NCBI GenBank assembly: GCA_030141605.1
Contig: JAQGDQ010000909.1
Span: forward strand, 1-64,000
Direction: 5' to 3'
DNA length: 64,000 nt
Source of the DNA: Tubiluchus corallicola
Lineage: Eukaryota > Animalia > Priapulida
The notes under the pieces are model-generated. The model was not told where the DNA came from. It made no database searches and saw only the letters and a list, made by a program, of their open reading frames with translations. The position numbers and the translations under genes are program-made. Shown piece after piece: positions 56,427 through 64,000 of this stretch (positions are counted from its first letter, which is position 1; each line of letters starts with the position of its first letter).

Positions 56427-59400
56427 ATGCTCAGCTATCTTGCAATGATATCATTTTGCATAGTGGTCCCAACTGTGTACACAGACTCCAAAATCAGAAA
56501 GCTTCCTTGTGGACCTCAGTGGAAAATAAAATGCCACAGTAACTGTTCATTTGAAACGCACGTGACTAGCAACAGCACAAGTGGTAAGCTTTGCCAGGTT
56601 TGGTGTGGTGAAAACGTATCACTGAATGCAGCAGTGCTCAATTACGTACTCCAACAGCAGCAAAATGACTTATACAGATTAACAATATGTGCCTATCAGA
56701 GCAGTAAGCTGCCTGCTCGATTTCTTCATGGAAAACGTGTGTCCAAGCTGCAATTTCAATATTCACCAAAACTCGAAACCATTGATGAAAATGCTTTCCA
56801 TGGAGATGTCAGAACATTGTATATACACTTTAACAATAAACTGAGAACTCTGCATCCCAGAGCTTTTGCCAAAATGGAGAATCTCACAAGATTAATTATT
56901 ACGTACTCCAGATATTTGGATATACAAAGTCTGGATTTTTCAGGAAATCCTAAACTTTCATGGCTAACAATAGCCAAAACGGCCACGGATCTTTTAGCAA
57001 TACCACGCTTCCATCCAAATATGTCACCTGGGAAGTTAACCCTGCAATTTTTAGGTATGTTACGTTACAACTGCGTTGCTAATATTAACTAATGTTTAAG
57101 AAAAGAAAGTACTTCTGAACGAAAGGGTGCACCACCACAAATTCAGAATTTCATATGCCTTTTTGTTTAATTCATTATAATTGTAATGTCAAGATTATTA
57201 ATAATGTGGTATAAACCGCGATTAGTAAAATTTGAAGCAGAACTCGAAAAAAGGTTACTGTGGAAAATTCGGGCTCAAGGCGAATTTGAACCAGGTATCT
57301 CCTGCACACAAGACAGAAGCCACGTTTGCTGAAACCTTGTTCACCAGTGGTCATACAGATGACAATGAAAATGATGGTAATAATAACGAAAACAACAACG
57401 AAGATGATGACGATAATAAACACGTTGATGTTGATGACGATAATAAACACGTTGATGTTGATGATGATGTTAATGATGATGATGGTTACGTTGATGTTGA
57501 TGATGATGTCTTTGTGACGGTGACGATGGTGGACACAAAAAAAATTATAATAAAGTAAAGACTATAATAATCTTTATTCCAAAGCCAATTTTAACAATAA
57601 TAACGAACACAAGCTGAAATATCCTCACTGTGATTATTATATTTGTCATTTTAGAAAATCAACTCATATGTAATTGCACCATGCGATGGACAAAGGAACT
57701 GAACTGGAAACGTTCCACTATACAATGTAAAGAACCATCAACATCTCACATGAGGCTGGAAGATTTTGACTACCTGTGTTATGGCATTCCAACAGGACCT
57801 ACCACAAAGTATCCACCGCCAACACCTGCTCCACAATTGCCAAATTTGTGTGGTGATGAAATACCACCAATCATCTGTGTAATTGTCAACAGAAATCCAT
57901 GCAGGATAGTGTGTGGTAAATTTTCCTGGCTTTATTTATACAATTTGCAGATGATAAGTGCTGGTTTGCCCGCTTATGTGGAACATTTTGAGTTGTGGAA
58001 TTACGTAGAAATCCACTTTCCGAGACCGTTCTTTGAAAAAAAGTCACTTAGTGTGCTACAGATACACCAGTTAAGTATGGAACGCCTGAGAGCCTCGTTT
58101 CTACATGCCAATGTTACATCTTCTATATGGTTAATAAACAATGACAACCTAACTTATATCAACTCAAAAGCATTTAGCAGTATGGCATATGTTAAAAGTA
58201 TTCACATAATCGGTTGCAAAAAGCTGACTACTCTAAACTTGGACTTATCCTATAATCACAGGATTACTAATATTGTAATATCGGAAACTGGACTACAGCG
58301 CATGGATATGCCTGTCATGCATAGTCAGACGATGCCAGAAGATGTTATCCTATCTCTTACGAGTAAGTATTACAGGGCAAAGTGTTACTAGGCAAGCAGA
58401 CTAGGTTAGTAAAGTTAGTACAAAGAATTTACTCTTATTGCATTATATTTGAATTCCCAGTAAACAAAGAGTTCTTTTTTATCTGGAATAAAATGTCGTT
58501 TCACCAAAATTGAAATACACACTAGTGTTTACTTATTTTTCCTTTATAGTAAATTATAACTGTTGTCACAGCAAAGATGTTTTTCTACAGTTGCTACTGC
58601 ACATCACCCCATTCCTGCTCTCCAGTGATTCCTCCCCCTGAACAAGGAATGGAGAATGGGTGACCAGGCAGTCTATAACTGCTGTATCATTATCTAGTAT
58701 AAAATTATTGAATGAATAACATTGTTGAACAATATTTGTGTACATTATACTAAACAGAATTCTATGCAAAAGCAGCTCGAAAGAAGTGCCAATAAAAAAA
58801 AGAAAATGCTTTAGGCTTTACCATGCTGAATTAATGTAACGGTACATTTTTATGTCATTTCATGGACTGTACAGACTACAGGCTTTGCAGTAGACCATTT
58901 CAAAATTATGGCTGTTCACTCAACGTGTCAAAGTACAGCAGATCATAGGGGCTTTTTTAACCTCCTCGATTAAGTGTGGTTGGCAAAGTGCTGACCCAAC
59001 CAATCAGAAGTGACAATTGTTAGAATTGACCAGTCAGAAGGATGTGCTTAAGCTGACAGAATTCAAGAGTTGAAGTTTGCATTTTAGTGAAGAGGTAACA
59101 TGCAGTACATCACCCTTGGCTGAGGTCATATACCTTGCCGCAAAATTTATACAATTGTTGTACAATACGCACTGTACCCACACTACAATGTTGCAATCCA
59201 TGTTTTTATACTTTCAGACAATCGACTGTACTGTAATTGCAGCATGGAGTGGACAAAATCCAGAAACTGGAGAGATTCACAAATTGACTGTGAGACACCA
59301 CCGAGAAAGCATACGATAAACGAAATACAAATTGGAGAATTTATTGGATGCATGAAGGCAGACTGTGGAGTCGAACTTCCCCATTGTATTATCGAGGCAT

Positions 59401-62400
59401 TCCTTGATGAACGGGGAGGTTGTTTGGTTACTTGTGGTTATAATAGAAAAATCTATGCAGCTGATCTGACACTGATATTAAGTTCACTGCCTTACTGGAC
59501 ACGACACTTAATTATTGCTAACTACCAAGGCAAGGAACTGCCTAGAAATTTCTTGAATTCAAAGAACGTTGATGAACTTGAAATTGTGGATTCCGAAATT
59601 GAACTACTTAACGATGCATCAATTTATGGCACCCTTAATGAAGCAATAAAGTTGAAACGTCTCCGAAAGTTAACAAAAATTTTTCCCAAGGCATTTGAAC
59701 GAATAAATACCGTCAAACGAATCATAATCTACACTTGTCCAAATCTAAAAACAGCAAATCTAGATTTATCAAACAATTTAATGATAAGTATGATTGACAT
59801 AAGAAAAACAGGACTGGAACACCTGGATATGCCAAAGCTGCACCCGTCGAGGCCATCCCAGTTAATTTCCCTAGAATTAGCAGGTAAGTGAAAGATTTTG
59901 AAGAGAGCTAGCTGGTGTAAGAAGCGTTTACGATAACGGGAGTCCAAACAGATAAAACAAGATCAACTTTGGGACGAAGCAGACGAAACGTGTCGCAGAA
60001 TGAAGTAATTTCAGTCATGTGTAACATTGGATTTTAAATTTACAGAAAAAATTGTTGTGATAAAAATAATATCAATAGACATTTTTAGCTTTGCGACTAC
60101 GTACATGAAAGCATAATTAAACACGAGGGTTAAGAGAGCTCATAAATTCACAAATCCTTCATGGCTCAAGAGGCCCTACGTTGATGTTTCGACGAAGTGC
60201 CCACCATAATGCAACACCAATCCACAAAAATTTAATAAGAAAAAAAAGGAACAGATTAAATATAGTCATGTCAACATTTGACATTGTTTGCAAAAGTGAC
60301 AATACCCACTCATGTTAATATATTTCCTCAATTAAGCACAATTCATAAAATTGTAAATCACATTTCTCCTTCTTTCTTGAGTTACTGACCCCAATTATTA
60401 GAGATATATCTGCATATTTGTTGAGAAACCATGACAATTTATCTTTATATCAAGTTTGCTGCAATGACTTCCGGTCGTCTTTCTTTCCTGCAACCGCATT
60501 CGACTGGAACAATTTATCCTCTTATCTAAGAACAACTCCTACCATCAGTGCTTTTTTCCACACAGCTAAGAAACATCTCAATTTTTTCAAGAGACCAAAC
60601 AAAGTCTTATTCTCTTTGTACCCTACCATATAACATTCATCACATGCGTTTGAGGTTGAGATTTTCCATCCCAGTTTATTTCGCTAGAATTAGCAGGTAA
60701 GTGAAAAAATTTCCAACTTGAACTACGATCTCTACAAACATGGTTGCCAGGATGGCAACAATTCAAAAGCATTACTTTTGCTTCAAATGCATTACTTTGC
60801 ATTACTACAAATACACAAATTCATGTACTTTTCAAATAGTACATGAATTTATTAACGAATTAAAGCAAAACCTAAAACTGATGCACTATGACATAGAAAT
60901 TTACTTATTAATCCTGACTAGAATAAAACTACTTTTCAAATAGTACATGAATTTATAAAAGCAACTAAACGATTCAGTAAACATTAGTAAACGTTTGAAT
61001 AGCTATGCTGCAGTTGACTCACTGTTTTAAAATATTGGTATCTGATTGCAAAATGTCTCAACTTTATATAAGGCCTCCTCATTCTTAAGAACTGTTCATC
61101 AGGCTTTTGTGAAAATAAAATATGTTTATATAAGGAATGGCTGTTAGTACTTGTTTAGGGAAAGTTAGCTCTCTAAAAGTCAACGCTGTTTTGTCAGAAA
61201 AAGGCAGATAAATTATTGAATAATCCTAATAATCTGAATAATCTGAAGAATTTTATTCTTTCCCAGCAGGCTTTTAAAATCGCTACCATGTTTTTCAGGC
61301 AATTCTATTCCATGTGGATGCACTCTCTTCTGGGCACGAGGTAGAAACTGGAAAGAGTCTACTGTTAAATGCTCATATTGCTACAAATACGACTGCAGGA
61401 TTGTTCCACCTGTTGGGGGGTGGCTTTATTGCAAAGAGGCATGCATAACAAGGTGGCTCTCTAATGAAGACATTGCAGAATGTGATGCAACAACAAGCAC
61501 ACTGATACCATCTCCAGGAACGCCAACAAGTATCTCATTTTATCCATGCGATGTTCCCATGGCAGAATGCAGGTCTTGGGACTCAAAGGCGTGGTCTCGA
61601 CTTGGTGAGTGCAATGTTGTATGCGGAGAGCTCGATGCACAGTTGTTCGAGGAAAAACTAATTTTGATTTGGAAGGCATTGTCATGCTGGGTGCAGACAT
61701 TGAAAATTTTGAATTACAAGTCGAAGCAGCTACCTGCACAATTTCTTGATAGAAAGGATGTGGCTGAGTTGACTATCATGCAGTCTGATATAGAAGACAT
61801 AGGAGAGAATGATATATATGGTTACTTCATGTCAAGTGTCACGTTGTCTCACAATGACAAGTTGAAAACAATTCATCCAAAAGCCTTTTACAAATTGAAA
61901 TCCATAAAACAGATAATCATCATCGATTGTAAACAGCTAGTAAGTGCAGATCTGGACCTCTCCAACAATGACAAGATTGCATCAATCATCTTTACACAGA
62001 CAAACATTCAACACATGCAAAAACCGATGCTTCACAAACGGAGAAATGCTAGAGATATATTATTATTTTTAAAAGGTAAGTTTGGTTTTCGAAATTTTAT
62101 TTTGGACAAATAGCAAAAAAATCTACTGGATACAAGATTTTGCTAAGCAAGGAAAAGAGAAAAATATACAATAAAAATTGTTACAATCTGACTGTTAAAA
62201 ATGTTGAAAGAAATCAATCACTAAAGCACTATGTAAATAAATGTTCGTTTAATTTAACTCAGTATAATTGAATACAACTTTTGTGTTCCTCTAAGGAGGG
62301 TGTATTTGCTTGTAATAACTATCAGCGCCTGGTTTTTGGTGCAGTAGTGCTGCTGCCATGAACTAGTGCCTCTTAAGTAGTTAGATGGGTTTTTCGGAAG

Positions 62401-62859
62401 CCTACGGAAGCACATTGTTAACCATGCACGTTAAGTGTGCCTTGACACTGAGTGGCTTATAGAGGTCTGAACTGAAAACCACAATAATTAAGGCTCAAGT
62501 TGGTTGTCTAAGCTGATGTAGAAGATGCTGAAAAGCCAAACGCTAATGCTGAAATCTTTCAAATTAAGCATTGTGCACATTCTCTGGTTACTTGGCTTTT
62601 AATTTCGCGTTTTTTTTCAGATAGTCCGTTATATTGCAACTGTAGCATGAAATGGTTGAAGTCAGAACTGTGGGTTGCTTCAGTATTTGATTGTAAAGTA
62701 CCAAGTTTTCAGCACGATAAAGGTGAAATGCCACTCTCTTTGTTTTGTGATTCCGAGAATCCTGCAAATCGACATCTCATTGTACATTCTACTGCTAGTC
62801 AAGCTGCAAAAATACAATGTGTTTATTTCTTTTTATTCATCAAACGTGTAGCCTTATAG
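56427..62859 (+). CDS. 5-exon four-module LRR protein, copy B' (about 1005 aa)
   Basis: Exons 56427-57054, 57655-58362, 59218-59883, 61299-62075, 62621-62859. GT-AG, all phase 1, in frame. Confidence 0.87.
60340..60633 (+). mobile_element. LINE ORF2 C-terminal fragment, mirror copy, in intron 3 of B'
   Basis: Reverse complement of 20716-21010; SSFFPATAFDWNNL motif. Confidence 0.65.
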
Positions 62860-64000
62860 GTATTTGGCCAAAATTTGTGAATGCTTCTACTGTACCTTTT
62901 ACTTTAACTCACTTTGATTAAACTGTGTGCTGTAAGGCATTTTGTCAACTTACTTCTCGATATGTTAGATAACAAGGATATTAAATGTATATTTATGTTT
63001 ATATATTATATTTATATATTATATTTATATATTATGTTTATATATTTATTGGGATTCACAATTACAAATTACACAGGGCACACACTGATTATAAAGATAC
63101 AATTACACACACGTATGGTGCTACAAAAAAACCTTATCAAGAACACAATGACACAAGTCAAACTCAACAATTTAAACCACAGACACAACATCAAACCTTG
63201 ACGTGTATATCCATAATAAACATGTGACAAATTCTGACAAATATGCAGCGTAGACTTTGTTCTCTGATTTTCATTTTGGCATTTTATCCAAATTTAACAA
63301 ATTTTGTGTAAAAGCAAAAGAACAAAATGGAGTTCAGGTCATTTGTTCATTTTTAGCGTTTCTTTTTCCAGCAGAAATTAATCTTCGTTGGAGTAGAACT
63401 AATCAATGACAAGTTTGGTTCCACTTCTTTATGAAAGAATATTTTAATGAAAATATGTTAAGAGTGGGAGAGCAATGAAGACCGAAGCTCTCTAAAACCA
63501 TCCTCGTTAACCATGTGTCGATAGCAAGGACGAACTGTACTTATCAGAATTTTTTTATTGGAAAAAAGGTGTTAGTAGCTGGAGACCTGGAAGGACTGTA
63601 ACTTACTGGAGCAATTGTAAGTAACCAAACTGGATGGTGATACTGTGATGGGAACACAAAAGAATTTCCTTCATAGCATATGGTTTACTCAGAAATCTTT
63701 ATTTCTGAAAAATTTAAAAAACTGAAAATAATAAATTTGACTGCTTTCACTGCTTACAAACTTATAATGATCTAATTATTATAATTTAAGATAATAAAAG
63801 TAAATATTACTCACATCGTGCGGTTATAACAACCTAATACATCCTTGGAACGTCATACTGATTTGCTGCAAATCAGGTAGAGACGCTACAAATAATTACT
63901 TGAAAATTTATCTAAACATTATTTAACATTTACTGAGGCTTCTGTAAGCGTGTTTAGCGAGGCACAACCTAATTTACAACTTCACAGGTAAAATTACAAG

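Overview
AT-rich, intron-containing animal (probably invertebrate) genomic DNA; no prokaryotic features. The window holds a cluster of leucine-rich-repeat (LRR) genes, each built from four tandem modules (Cys-rich N-cap, about 5-6 degenerate LRRs, NPxxCxCxxxW C-cap). There is one intronless secreted-type gene (5216-8068 +) and three tandem 5-exon paralogues on the minus strand: A 10217-15558 (disabled), B 18491-24943 and C 26646-33046. All introns are phase 1 and each internal exon spans one module repeat. A truncated, frameshifted copy of the intronless gene lies at 33889-35907. Everything from 17351 to about 39797 is repeated in inverted orientation from about 41601 to the window end (arms at least 22.4 kb, near-identical but with SNPs and indels) around a spacer of about 1.8 kb that is mostly microsatellite. 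This gives mirror copies C' (48361-54759) and B' (56427-62859). The paralogues are patchwork mosaics of each other, which suggests gene conversion. Other features: an orphan last exon of a CRIP1-type LIM gene on each side of the palindrome centre, a GTF3C6-like exon, a hAT-type MITE with an 8-bp TSD and a visible empty site, a solo LTR with two perfect heat-shock elements, a hairpin element with a Penelope-type hammerhead-like motif, a LINE fragment, and 31-bp and 41-bp minisatellites. Whether the palindrome is real or a haplotype/fold-back misassembly cannot be settled from the sequence alone.
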